64,000 nucleotides of DNA from a bacterium UBP8_UBA817 (lineage in GTDB: Bacteria > Margulisbacteria > Marinamargulisbacteria > CAMDBA01), in assembly GCA_945888995.1 (NCBI GenBank), contig CAMDBA010000002.1:1345-65344 (forward strand), given 5' to 3'. Below, piece after piece: positions 45,561 to 55,216 of the stretch (positions are counted from its first letter, which is position 1; every line of letters begins with the position of its first letter). Made by a program: the position numbers and the translations under genes. The notes under the pieces are model-generated. The model was given only the letters and a program-made list of their open reading frames with translations. It had not been told where the DNA came from and searched no databases.

Positions 45561-46337
45561 ATGGCTAAAGTCCGTTTAGATAAACATTTAACTGAGCTCT
45601 ATCCCGAGCTAAGCCGCGAAAGAGTCCTGGCTCTAATCATGAGCGGGTACGTCTTAGTCGGCAATGACAAGCAAGATAAGCCGGGAACGATGATTTCGAG
45701 TGATGCGCCTATAAGGCTTCTCAAAACAGACCTTTTATATGTCAGCCGGGGCGGTGAAAAGTTAGCCGGCGCAATCAATGCGTTTGGTGTTAACGTATCG
45801 GATCGTTGCTGTCTGGATGTCGGGATTTCCACTGGAGGCTTCACGGATTTTTTACTTAAATCCGGCGCAAAAATGGTGGTCGGTGTTGACGTCGGATATG
45901 GACAGTTGGATTACCGGTTGCGCCAGGATCCAAGAGTGTTTCTGGTTGAAAGAACCAATGCCCGCTACCTGACTCCGGGTATCTTAAAAGAGACCCTCCC
46001 GAAAAGTATGGATGTCGATACGCTTATCAATGAGTTAAATATAGTCGTCATGGATGTTTCTTTTATCAGTGTTTCGAAGGTGCTTCCTGCCATTCGAGCT
46101 TGCGTAACCAAATTTACACAGTACGTCATACTCATTAAACCTCAATTCGAGGCCGAAAAAGATCAGATCGGCAAAGGGGGGATTATTAAAGATCCGCAAA
46201 TTCACGATGAAATTTTATCGTCTTTGAAAGAAAAGTTATCTAGTCTCTCGTTCAAGGTGGTAAATAGCTGTCCGTCTCCGATCCTTGGGACAAAAGGGAA
46301 CCGTGAATTCTTCTTCCATTTAGAGGATGTGTCTTGA
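45561..46337 (+). CDS. tlyA: TlyA-family rRNA 2'-O-methyltransferase
   Basis: 258 aa. N-terminal S4-like RLDKHL...SRERV, VSRGGEKL, and SAM motif LDVGISTGGFTDFLL. Confidence 0.9.
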   Translation: MAKVRLDKHLTELYPELSRERVLALIMSGYVLVGNDKQDKPGTMISSDAPIRLLKTDLLYVSRGGEKLAGAINAFGVNVSDRCCLDVGISTGGFTDFLLKSGAKMVVGVDVGYGQLDYRLRQDPRVFLVERTNARYLTPGILKETLPKSMDVDTLINELNIVVMDVSFISVSKVLPAIRACVTKFTQYVILIKPQFEAEKDQIGKGGIIKDPQIHDEILSSLKEKLSSLSFKVVNSCPSPILGTKGNREFFFHLEDVS

Positions 46338-47017
46338 ACGGGCGGTTATATCAGAAAATAGCGCCTTTTTATTATGCGGTCTTGTACCTGGTTTTTAAAC
46401 TCTATACGTTTATACTGGATTTGCCGATTTTTCTGACTTATCCCAAACTGGCGATGCTTCATGTTCGCCTCTGGATTTTTTATAGTTTTTCCTATTCGAG
46501 CGCAAAACATGAGCGGGAAATTAATGCTCTGGGTGTTGATTCGATGGAATTGGTCGACGGCTTAACGCCATACTCGACCTTTGCCAAAATCTTAAGCGAT
46601 ATTGATGTGCCGGATTCTACGGTTTTCTATGACCTCGGGTGCGGCCATGGGAACTTGGTTTTTTATATGAATATCAAATACGGCGCCCAAAGTATTGGTA
46701 TGGAGCTAGTTCCAACTTATGTAAAGACGGCACAGCGGATAAGAGATGCGTTTAATATGACGGATGTGTCTTTTAAAACCGGTGATTTTCTGGACGCAGA
46801 TTTATCAAATGGCACCCTTTTCTTTGTTGCCGGAACCTGCTTCAATACTCATACGCAGACCCGCCTGATTTCCCTTCTTTCTCATATACAGCCGGGAAGT
46901 GTCGTGATTTCAACGTCGTATCCGATCGCGCACCATGAGTTTGTTCTGTTAAAAAAAATACGCGTGCCGTTTTCCTGGGGGATGGGACATCTGTTTTTAC
47001 AAAAAAAGGAGTGCTGA
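46334..47017 (+). CDS. Membrane-anchored class I SAM-dependent methyltransferase (DOT1-like motif spacing)
   Basis: 227 aa. N-terminal hydrophobic helices, then VFYDLGCGHGNLV (motif I), GMELV and GDFLDADL...LFFV. The start overlaps the tlyA stop. Confidence 0.6.
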   Translation: MNGRLYQKIAPFYYAVLYLVFKLYTFILDLPIFLTYPKLAMLHVRLWIFYSFSYSSAKHEREINALGVDSMELVDGLTPYSTFAKILSDIDVPDSTVFYDLGCGHGNLVFYMNIKYGAQSIGMELVPTYVKTAQRIRDAFNMTDVSFKTGDFLDADLSNGTLFFVAGTCFNTHTQTRLISLLSHIQPGSVVISTSYPIAHHEFVLLKKIRVPFSWGMGHLFLQKKEC

Positions 47018-48640
47018 ATGCTACGTCACCTCATGATCCACCATGTGGGGCTCATCGACGAAGCGGAGTTGGATCTGGATACTGGGTTAACGGTATTTAC
47101 CGGAGAAACCGGTGCCGGGAAGTCCTTATTCGTTGATGCTCTGGGGCTTCTATTAGGTCAGCCCGGTTCGGACGATTTGATCCAATCTGGCGTTGCCGAA
47201 GCCGTCGTGGAAGGGGTATTCGAACCGAATGCCGAACTGCTTCCTGAAGAATTTCGGGAATTTCTGGAATCAGATTCACAATTGATCATAAGGCGAAAGT
47301 TAATCCGCGGAAAAAGCAGCTTATGCAAGATAAACGGACAGACGGTCCCGATAAAAAAGCTTAAGAGTCTGGCGGCATTTCTCGTGAATATGACCGCTCA
47401 GCATGAACAGGTCGTCTTGTTTGATCCCTTGAGTCAGTTGAGTTTGCTCGACGTATTTTGCGGAGAGGCTGTAGCGCACGGTAAGCGAGACTATAAAACT
47501 GTTTTTGAGCAGTGGCGGCAAACAACCCTACAATTAAATCGACTCCGGGACGACCATGATCGGCTCGATCAAAAAAAAGAATTTTTATCTTTCCAGCTCC
47601 AGGATATCGACACTCAAGGATTTGTCATGGGTGAAGATGACGACCTGGAAAAGAAGAAACGCGAATTCAAATCGCTTCATCAATTAAGAGAGGCCCTTGC
47701 TAAGCTTCAATCCCAGTCCGACACCGCATATGAACTTCTGACGGACAATGCCATTTTGTCGGGTAAATTAGGCGAGATTAACCCGGTATATAAAGACATC
47801 TCAAAGTCGTATCATACAATTTTGGTCGAAATGGAAGATATTTTACAAACCGTTCAGGCGCAAGCCGGCTATCTCGCAGTGTTGGAAGAAATTGATATTG
47901 AAGAAGTGGAATCTCGACTGGACACTCTTTTTAAATACAAAGCTAAATACCATACACAATCTATAGCAGATCTACTGATTCTTAGAGATCACTTAGCAGA
48001 TGAGTTGAACGGATTAGAAAAATCTGATCAGGTGAAACATGATCTTGAAAACCGGCGTACAAGCTTAGAAGCGGCTTTAAAAGAACAGGCGGATACTTTG
48101 ACAAAATTGCGCAATGAATCCGCACCTCGGTTAGCCCGTCAAATAGAAGTCCACTTAACGGAACTCCATTTTACCCAACCCCAATTTTTTGTTCGCTTCA
48201 ATCAGGCAGAGGGGTTTTTAGAAACCGGCCATGACAAAGTCGAATTCCAAATTTCCACCAATCCGGGAAGCCCGCCGCTCGCGTTACCGAAAGTTGTGTC
48301 GGGAGGAGAGTTGTCTCGCATTTTATTGGCCTTAAAAACCGTATTCTTTAATAAAAACACCGTGCCAACCTTGGTTTTTGACGAAATTGACACCGGTGTT
48401 GGCGGGATTACCGCCATCAAAATCGGAGAAAAACTCAAACTCATTGCGCAAAGCTGCCAGGTACTGTGTGTCACGCATTTACCTCAAATCGCAAAGTTTT
48501 CTGACCATCACGTGGTGATGTCAAAGCATGTCGAAAATAATATGACGCGCACATTAATCAGAACCTTATCTGATAACGAGGTCTCTTCTGAGCTTCACCG
48601 TATGGTGGGCGGTGAGGATGTGTTAGCCGCTCTACGTTAA
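47018..48640 (+). CDS. recN: DNA repair protein RecN
   Basis: 540 aa. Walker A FTGETGAGKS, a long coiled-coil middle, and C-terminal SGGELSRILLAL and LVFDEIDTGVGG. Confidence 0.95.
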   Translation: MLRHLMIHHVGLIDEAELDLDTGLTVFTGETGAGKSLFVDALGLLLGQPGSDDLIQSGVAEAVVEGVFEPNAELLPEEFREFLESDSQLIIRRKLIRGKSSLCKINGQTVPIKKLKSLAAFLVNMTAQHEQVVLFDPLSQLSLLDVFCGEAVAHGKRDYKTVFEQWRQTTLQLNRLRDDHDRLDQKKEFLSFQLQDIDTQGFVMGEDDDLEKKKREFKSLHQLREALAKLQSQSDTAYELLTDNAILSGKLGEINPVYKDISKSYHTILVEMEDILQTVQAQAGYLAVLEEIDIEEVESRLDTLFKYKAKYHTQSIADLLILRDHLADELNGLEKSDQVKHDLENRRTSLEAALKEQADTLTKLRNESAPRLARQIEVHLTELHFTQPQFFVRFNQAEGFLETGHDKVEFQISTNPGSPPLALPKVVSGGELSRILLALKTVFFNKNTVPTLVFDEIDTGVGGITAIKIGEKLKLIAQSCQVLCVTHLPQIAKFSDHHVVMSKHVENNMTRTLIRTLSDNEVSSELHRMVGGEDVLAALR

Positions 48641-48753
48641 AAAAAACAGCGGGATTGCCTAAATCTATAAAGGCTTTCTAAATATGCTATTCCGACTTAT
48701 AATGCTAGCTAAATACGTTTAGGCTGTGAGTGGCCCTTTGGAGGATTTCTTAA

Positions 48754-50586
48754 ATGTGTGGAATTGTCGGATATATCGGAGATAGAGATCTTTTACCAAT
48801 ATTATTAGTAGGGTTGGAACGCTTAAGTTATCGCGGATATGATTCAGCAGGTATTGCGGCTATTTCAGACGGCGAAATGAGTTATTGGAAACGCGCCGGA
48901 AAAATTCGAGAGCTGGAAGATACGGTCAAAACCTTATCAATTACCCACGCAATGGGTATCGGCCACACGCGCTGGGCAACCCACGGAGAGAGCAGTGAAA
49001 TAAACGCGCATCCGCATGTCAGCCAAGGTAAAAAAATCGCCTTGGTTCACAACGGCATTATCGAAAACTATTTATCATTAAAAAAACAGCTGACCAAAGA
49101 AGGTCATATTTTCCGGTCTCAAACCGATTCCGAAGTCATCGTGCATTTAATCGAGCGGTATTTACATGACGATTTAGAAGAAGCTGTCGAAAAAGCCGTT
49201 CAGGACTTAACCGGCACGTGGGCTATTGCCGTTGTTGCCGAATGCGATCCTGATAAAATCGTGGTGGCCAGAAAAGGAAGCCCGCTGATTATCGGACTGG
49301 GTAAAGATGAAAATTATATTTCATCCGATATCAATGCGATTATCACGCATACCAAAGAAGTTGTTTATATGGACGATGATGAAATCGCCATTATTGAAAA
49401 ACAAAATGTCACGATTCGTAAAATCGGTGGTGAAGTGATTACAAAAAAAGTGAATCACATCAGTTGGGATGCGATTATGCAGGAAAAAGGTGGCTATGAT
49501 CACTTTATGCTCAAAGAAATCTATGAACAGCCTGCTGTTATCCGGAATATTATTTCTAAATATATTAATTCTGATAACACCATCGAATTCAAACACATTA
49601 ACCTCGAAAAACAAGACCTGGCCCGTGTAAGCCGTTTTATTATTCAAGCGTGCGGAACCTCTTGGCACGCAGGATTAATCGGCAAATATTTGATGGAAAA
49701 ATACACCCGGACATTAACCGAAGTCGATTTTTCATCAGAATTCCGGTACCGCCAGATGATCACAGATGGCGCCGGTGGAGAAGTCGTAGTGGCGATCTCT
49801 CAATCAGGTGAAACGGCCGACACTCTGGCATGTATCAGAGAAGCAAAATGTAAATTTTATAACATCCTGTCATTTGTAAACGTGAAGGGCAGTACTATCG
49901 ACCGCGAGTCTAATGCGGTTATTTACACGCATTCCGGACCGGAAATCGGTGTGGCATCGACTAAGAATTATCTGGCTCAGTTAATGTGCGTCTATCTCTT
50001 TACTATTTATTTAGGTCAGCTGAAATGGACTCTTTCACAAGAACAGGTCGACCTGATGCTTCAGAACCTGAAACGAGTTCCGGAATATGTTGAGCAGATT
50101 CTCGCTCAAGCTGATAAAATCAAAGCCATCGCTGAAAAATACAGCTCAAGCCGTGAGTTTATTTTCATCGGCCGTGGTTTGAACTATCCGTCAGCTCTTG
50201 AAGGGGCATTAAAATTAAAAGAAATTTCATACATTCACGCGACAGGCTATCCTGCAGGTGAGCTCAAACACGGTCCGATTGCCTTAATCGATTCCGATTT
50301 GCCAGTTGTTTGTATCGCGCCTCAATCTGCAACTTATGACAAGATGCTGGGTAATATTCAGGAAGTTCGGGCACGAAAAGGAAAGACCATTATCATCGCA
50401 ACCGAAGGTGACGAAAGTATCGCCCAGTACGCCGATGATATTATCTACATCCCGTTAGCGCCTGAGGATTTGACGCCGATTCTGGTCGCGGTACCGTTAC
50501 AGCTTTTGGCTTATTATATTGCAATCAAACTGGATTGCGATGTGGATCAACCCCGGAATTTAGCAAAAAGCGTCACTGTCGAATAG
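48754..50586 (+). CDS. glmS: Glutamine--fructose-6-phosphate aminotransferase
   Basis: 610 aa. MCGIVGYIG N-terminal nucleophile, two SIS domains, and C-terminal PRNLAKSVTVE. Confidence 0.97.
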   Translation: MCGIVGYIGDRDLLPILLVGLERLSYRGYDSAGIAAISDGEMSYWKRAGKIRELEDTVKTLSITHAMGIGHTRWATHGESSEINAHPHVSQGKKIALVHNGIIENYLSLKKQLTKEGHIFRSQTDSEVIVHLIERYLHDDLEEAVEKAVQDLTGTWAIAVVAECDPDKIVVARKGSPLIIGLGKDENYISSDINAIITHTKEVVYMDDDEIAIIEKQNVTIRKIGGEVITKKVNHISWDAIMQEKGGYDHFMLKEIYEQPAVIRNIISKYINSDNTIEFKHINLEKQDLARVSRFIIQACGTSWHAGLIGKYLMEKYTRTLTEVDFSSEFRYRQMITDGAGGEVVVAISQSGETADTLACIREAKCKFYNILSFVNVKGSTIDRESNAVIYTHSGPEIGVASTKNYLAQLMCVYLFTIYLGQLKWTLSQEQVDLMLQNLKRVPEYVEQILAQADKIKAIAEKYSSSREFIFIGRGLNYPSALEGALKLKEISYIHATGYPAGELKHGPIALIDSDLPVVCIAPQSATYDKMLGNIQEVRARKGKTIIIATEGDESIAQYADDIIYIPLAPEDLTPILVAVPLQLLAYYIAIKLDCDVDQPRNLAKSVTVE

Positions 50587-50594
50587 TTTCTGAT

Positions 50595-51104
50595 ATGTCC
50601 GATGCAAATATCATCCTCATCGGATTTATGGGCAGCGGAAAGTCTACAGTTGGCCGGCGAGTTGCAAAGCGGGCCGGCTATGACTTTCTGGATACGGACC
50701 ATCAGATTGAAGCCGATACGAATATGAAAGTGTCCGAGATTTTTGCCGCTCATGGAGAAGCCTATTTCCGTGAGTTGGAGTCTCGCCTGGCTGCATCTTT
50801 AGTCCATAAGACGCGTACTGTTGTTGCGACGGGGGGTGGGCTGCCGGTCTTGAATCAGGAGACGCTTAAATCAGCCGGGAAAATTATTTGGTTAAAAAGT
50901 ACCCTTCCTGAAATTTTAAAGCGGGTGCGTCATGACGGATCTCGTCCGCTATTAACCGATTCTCAAAATGAAGAAAAGCGCCACACATTATTCACAGAGA
51001 GAGAATCGATTTATAAAAGCTTAGCGCAATTTGTGGTCTTAACCGATAGCCGTCCTATGATGGCGATCGTCTCGACTATTCTCCGGTATATTCAGTCGCA
51101 CTAA
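50595..51104 (+). CDS. aroK: Shikimate kinase
   Basis: The internal ATG at 50595 gives MSDANIILIGFMGSGKSTVGR (Walker A). The track start at 50535 lies inside glmS. Confidence 0.9.
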   Translation: MSDANIILIGFMGSGKSTVGRRVAKRAGYDFLDTDHQIEADTNMKVSEIFAAHGEAYFRELESRLAASLVHKTRTVVATGGGLPVLNQETLKSAGKIIWLKSTLPEILKRVRHDGSRPLLTDSQNEEKRHTLFTERESIYKSLAQFVVLTDSRPMMAIVSTILRYIQSH

Positions 51105-51121
51105 ACCAAAAAGCTTGCGTT

Positions 51122-52135
51122 TTATTGCCGACTCAAGTGTTCTTGATAGGTGTGGCTAAAGACATGCTCTCCGTTCCCACGTGCAAAAAAATAGTAGAAG
51201 GATGTCTGAGCAGGGTGCAATGCCGCATTGAATGCCCGCACACCCGGAGAGGCAATCGGTGTCGGAGGTAAGCCGGGATATCGGTACGTATTGTAGGGAG
51301 ATTCAATTTGGGTATCGGCATACAGAATCACTGTTTTACCGATCTCACCTAGTGCATACGCCACTGTCGGGCATGATCCCAGCGGCATTTGAGCGGCTAA
51401 CCGGTTATAAAATACTGATGAAATCGTTGGCATTTCGTCTTTAAAATAGGCTTCTTTTTCAATGATCGAGGCGAGGGTGACGGTCTCGTGGAATGAAAGG
51501 GGAAAATTGGGGGGGTAGAGTTGCCATATTTTCTTGTCGAATTGATCCAGCATCATCAAAAAAATAGTGGGTAAATCCGTGCCTTTTGCAAAGTAGTACG
51601 TATCTGGAAAAAGGTACCCCTCAATATTGTCAGTCGGAAGAGATTCAAGAAACCGAAAGCGGGATTGAAATTGGCTTTTTGCGGTCTTATATGCAAATGT
51701 CATAAAATCTGATTTTTTTGTGATTCCTTTTTGTTCAATTAAATCCGCGATTTGAGTCAGACTCCAGCCTTCGGGAATAGTAATCTTGGTTAAGCTCGCC
51801 GCGCCATTTTGTTCTTGAAGATCCGCGACGGTTTGGCGAAGCGAATGTGTGTAATTAAGATCAAAAGTTCCTGCACGAAGGTTGTTTTCAGCCCCGCTGA
51901 AATGGGTGTAGAGTCGAAATGCCCATTGGCTTCGAATAATACCTTGTTCTTTAAGCAACACCGCGATTTGGCTAGCGGGGGTGCCCTGCGGAATTGTGAT
52001 GCGCACGACCTCACTTTTCCCCGGATGTGGGGGCATAAAACAGAGCACAATTAAGAAGAGAATACCGCCTAAAAACAGGCCTCCGGATAAGCCGAAAATA
52101 AATAAGCGAGATGTAATAATAGGCTTTATATCCAC
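51122..52135 (-). CDS. mltG: Endolytic murein transglycosylase (YceG family)
   Basis: 337 aa. N-terminal TM helix and the YceG pattern ASIIEKEA...VFYNRL...LGSCPTVAY...SPYNTY. Confidence 0.9.
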   Translation of the reverse strand: MDIKPIITSRLFIFGLSGGLFLGGILFLIVLCFMPPHPGKSEVVRITIPQGTPASQIAVLLKEQGIIRSQWAFRLYTHFSGAENNLRAGTFDLNYTHSLRQTVADLQEQNGAASLTKITIPEGWSLTQIADLIEQKGITKKSDFMTFAYKTAKSQFQSRFRFLESLPTDNIEGYLFPDTYYFAKGTDLPTIFLMMLDQFDKKIWQLYPPNFPLSFHETVTLASIIEKEAYFKDEMPTISSVFYNRLAAQMPLGSCPTVAYALGEIGKTVILYADTQIESPYNTYRYPGLPPTPIASPGVRAFNAALHPAQTSFYYFFARGNGEHVFSHTYQEHLSRQ

Positions 52136-52185
52136 AATGAGATTTAATATAGCATAATAGCGGAAATCTGATATAATCCTGCGTC

Positions 52186-52848
52186 ATGGGATTATTACCT
52201 ACCTACCAAAAACTTTTAGAAAATAATCAGGAATGGGCGGCTGAAAAGTTAGCCGAGGACAAGGATTGCTTCTCCAGATTGGCGAACGGCCAATCGCCTC
52301 CTTTTTTATTTATTGGATGCTCTGATAGCCGTAATCCCATAGAAACGATTACCCAAAGCCAGCCCGGCGATATTTTTGTTCATCGAAATATCGGCAATCA
52401 GGTTTTGCTAACCGACGTGAATGTCTTGTCCGTTTTAGATTATGCTGTCAATGTCCTTCAGGTTCGTCACATTATTGTCTGCGGTCATTATAACTGCGGC
52501 GCCGTTGGTGCTGCGATTATGGGATCTGCCAGCGGCATTGTGAATAATTGGATAGATGGTCTGCGGGAGCTCTATCTATCAGTAAAGCCGGAGCTGGATT
52601 TACTACCTACAACAGAAGACCGTATTAAGCGGTTAGCAGAAATCAACGTCCTCAAGCAAGCAAAGAATGTCTGCAAAACCTCTATTATTCAGAATGCATT
52701 TCTAACAGGCCGGTATCCAGTAATTCATGCGTGGATTTTTGATATCTCAAAAGGCCTCATTAAAGACCAGCCTCTGCCAATTGAAGAATGGCGGCAACTT
52801 GATCTAATTCCTGATCATTACGTTGGCCATAGCCAGGCCATATCCTAG
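52186..52848 (+). CDS. can: Beta-class carbonic anhydrase
   Basis: 220 aa with zinc ligands in CSDSR and GHYNCGA. Confidence 0.9.
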   Translation: MGLLPTYQKLLENNQEWAAEKLAEDKDCFSRLANGQSPPFLFIGCSDSRNPIETITQSQPGDIFVHRNIGNQVLLTDVNVLSVLDYAVNVLQVRHIIVCGHYNCGAVGAAIMGSASGIVNNWIDGLRELYLSVKPELDLLPTTEDRIKRLAEINVLKQAKNVCKTSIIQNAFLTGRYPVIHAWIFDISKGLIKDQPLPIEEWRQLDLIPDHYVGHSQAIS

Positions 52849-52930
52849 ATTGTTTACCAATCGCTGAACTTATTGCAAGTTTAAGCGTTTCAATTTAAAC
52901 TATCGTCACTTCAATAAGAGGCCTTCTTAA

Positions 52931-53007
<77 letters not shown>

Positions 53008-53166
53008 TTAATCTATAAAATAAATTTTTTCTACTACTCAATAACGGGAATCGAATCGGTAGGAGCGCCGACTGATTAAGGAGGAAGAGTGAAGGCAATC
53101 TGGTTGCCTGAACGGAAGCGACGAACGCTGCCCGGCTTGAGCCTCCAGTGGCGGCTCAAAGAAGGG

Positions 53167-53199
53167 CGATTCCCTCACTGCCCACCATTAATCTATAAA
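53167..53199 (+). repeat. Direct repeat copy 2 (orphan tRNA-Val 3' fragment)
   Basis: Exact 33-nt copy located 180 bp downstream of copy 1. It lacks the 5' half of a tRNA. Confidence 0.9.
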
Positions 53200-53287
53200 G
53201 CATATTTTTGATGGGTTATGAAAACCATTGTCATATTTTAAATAATTAAATTAATATATAACCTAGCATGTTAATTGAAGGGAAAAT

Positions 53288-53674
53288 ATGAAAGAAAATA
53301 ATCTAACCGTCATCAGCGCTATCGGTATATTAGGAATGCTGGTTATTCTCATTCTATGCGTTGTCGGCCCGTACTATTTCACAATGCATAAGCAAACCCA
53401 GGATCGGTTGCTCAAATTATCTCTAGGGGAGCTACGTACGTCAATCGCGGTCGCATATGGCGCTGCCGATCCAAAGTCACCGCGCTTTCCATCAGATTTA
53501 AAGGCATTATTTCCGGCAGAAAAAATGCCTGGCGATGGGTATACCCCCGCATTAAACGTCCGCTATGTACATTCAGAGCTGAAAGAATCGGATTTTACAG
53601 ACACAGGCGGGTGGGTGTATTCCACCAAAACCGGTGAAATTAGACCTAATCTCACCCAAAAACATGACTATTAA
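53288..53674 (+). CDS. Small membrane-anchored protein, degenerate pilin/pseudopilin-like
   Basis: 128 aa. The N-terminal hydrophobic helix NNLTVISAIGILGMLVILIL resembles a class III signal without the G/FTLIE cleavage box. The body LRTSIAVAY...FPSDLKALFP...GGWVYSTKTGEIR resembles GspG/type IV pilin globular domains. Confidence 0.4.
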   Translation: MKENNLTVISAIGILGMLVILILCVVGPYYFTMHKQTQDRLLKLSLGELRTSIAVAYGAADPKSPRFPSDLKALFPAEKMPGDGYTPALNVRYVHSELKESDFTDTGGWVYSTKTGEIRPNLTQKHDY

Positions 53675-53779
53675 CACCCGTAGTCAGAAACGACGGTTGT
53701 CCCACTAAAAACCTCCGTGATATAATCCCACAATCCCAAAAAATATCACTTTAAAAGTTACGCATAAGAGGGGAACGTC

Positions 53780-54910
53780 ATGAAAATTTGTGTGCCAAAA
53801 GAAACTGTAGAAGGGGAACTCCGTATTGCCCTTATTCCTGCATCAGTTGAAAAACTGGTCAAAAAAGGAGCCGTGATTGAAGTTGAATCCGGTTTAGGAT
53901 TGTCGTGCCATTATACAGACGAAGACTATAAAAAAGCCGGCGCAACCGTATCTGCCGACCGCAAGGCTTTATTATCGAGCGCGGATATCGTGGTTCGTAT
54001 CAGAAAGCCGTCGATCGAGGAAGTCGCCACCTTAAAAAAAGGCGCGCTTCATATCAGCTACCTGGATCCATTTAACGAAGCCGCTTTAATTGACGCCTTT
54101 GAAAAAGCTGGAGTTAGTGCGATCAGCATGGAAATGATTCCACGAACTACAAAAGCCCAAAAAATGGACGTCCTGAGTTCCCAGGCGAGTTTAGCCGGAT
54201 ACGTTGCAGTGATTTTGGCTCAGGAAAAACTCAAGAAAATATTTCCGATGATGATGACACCTGCCGGAACGATTTCTCCTGCGAGAGTCTTTATTATCGG
54301 CGCAGGGGTAGCCGGTTTACAGGCAATTGCAACGGCAAAAAGACTAGGGGCCCGTGTAGAAGCCTTTGATACACGCCCGGTCGTAGAAGAACAAGTCCAA
54401 TCATTGGGTGCTAAATTCGTTAAAGTGGATTTAGGTGAAACCGGTCAAACCGCTCAAGGCTATGCTAAAGCGCTTACGGACGAACAGATGGCTAAACAGC
54501 GCGATGCTATGGCTAAACATTGTGCCCTGTCCGATGTTGTCATCACAACGGCCCAATTATTTGGAAGAAAAGCACCGATTGTTATTACCAAAGAAATGGT
54601 TGCTCGGATGAAGCCAGGTAGCGTAGTTGTGGACTTAGCCGTTGAAACAGGCGGTAACGTCGAAGGATCGGTCCTGAATCAGACCACTGATAAAAACGGC
54701 GTTCAGATTATCGGACTTGGTAACCTTCCTGCCCGTGTGGCGTTGGATGCCAGCCAGATGTATTCCTCTAACCTGACCAATTTATTAGAAGAATACTGGG
54801 ATAAAGAAGCCAAAGTATTCAAAATGAACGTTGAAGATGAAATCCTCAAAGGATGCTTAATTACCCATGAAGGTCGGATTGTGAACGACGCAGTAAAACC
54901 AAAGAATTAA
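53780..54910 (+). CDS. pntAA: NAD(P) transhydrogenase subunit alpha, part 1
   Basis: 376 aa. AlaDH/PNT pattern, with VFIIGAGVAGLQAIATAKRLGA. Confidence 0.93.
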   Translation: MKICVPKETVEGELRIALIPASVEKLVKKGAVIEVESGLGLSCHYTDEDYKKAGATVSADRKALLSSADIVVRIRKPSIEEVATLKKGALHISYLDPFNEAALIDAFEKAGVSAISMEMIPRTTKAQKMDVLSSQASLAGYVAVILAQEKLKKIFPMMMTPAGTISPARVFIIGAGVAGLQAIATAKRLGARVEAFDTRPVVEEQVQSLGAKFVKVDLGETGQTAQGYAKALTDEQMAKQRDAMAKHCALSDVVITTAQLFGRKAPIVITKEMVARMKPGSVVVDLAVETGGNVEGSVLNQTTDKNGVQIIGLGNLPARVALDASQMYSSNLTNLLEEYWDKEAKVFKMNVEDEILKGCLITHEGRIVNDAVKPKN

Positions 54911-54925
54911 GAGAAGGAGTCAGCT

Positions 54926-55213
54926 ATGGAACATCTGATCTATTTATTATTTATTTTAGCCTTGTCCGTGTTTTTAGGATTTGCCCTGATTTCCCGGGTA
55001 CCTCCGCTATTGCATACACCTCTTATGTCGGAAGCAAACGCGATTTCCGGTATTACCCTGATCGGCGCATTAGTTGCTGCGGGTTCTGAAATCAATAGCA
55101 CCCTCACCATTGTATTAGGCGTCTTTTCAGTAGGATTAGCAAGTTTTAACGTTGTAGGGGGATACTTGTTAACCGAAAAAATGCTCAAAATGTTCAAGAA
55201 GAAGGGGCAATAG
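54926..55213 (+). CDS. pntAB: NAD(P) transhydrogenase subunit alpha, part 2 (membrane)
   Basis: 95 aa with three TM helices, located between pntAA and pntB. Confidence 0.85.
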   Translation: MEHLIYLLFILALSVFLGFALISRVPPLLHTPLMSEANAISGITLIGALVAAGSEINSTLTIVLGVFSVGLASFNVVGGYLLTEKMLKMFKKKGQ

Positions 55214-55216
55214 TCG

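Noticed and set aside
48641-48753. Possible glmS ribozyme upstream of glmS.
   Set aside because: The leader is only about 110 nt and AT-rich. I could not find the conserved glmS ribozyme core or pseudoknot segments. It contains just a promoter-like TTCTAA-16 nt-TATAAT and a loose long-range GCCTAAA/TTTAGGC pairing.
53020-53199. The insert plus orphan tRNA 3' fragment as a tmRNA, a two-piece tmRNA, SRP RNA or a second tRNA.
   Set aside because: There is no 5' acceptor partner for the second ACTGCCCACCA end, and the T-stem is truncated (GGGCGATTCCCTC). No tag-peptide frame ending in a resume/stop arrangement is present. The GGAAGC segment does not fit the SRP domain IV consensus.
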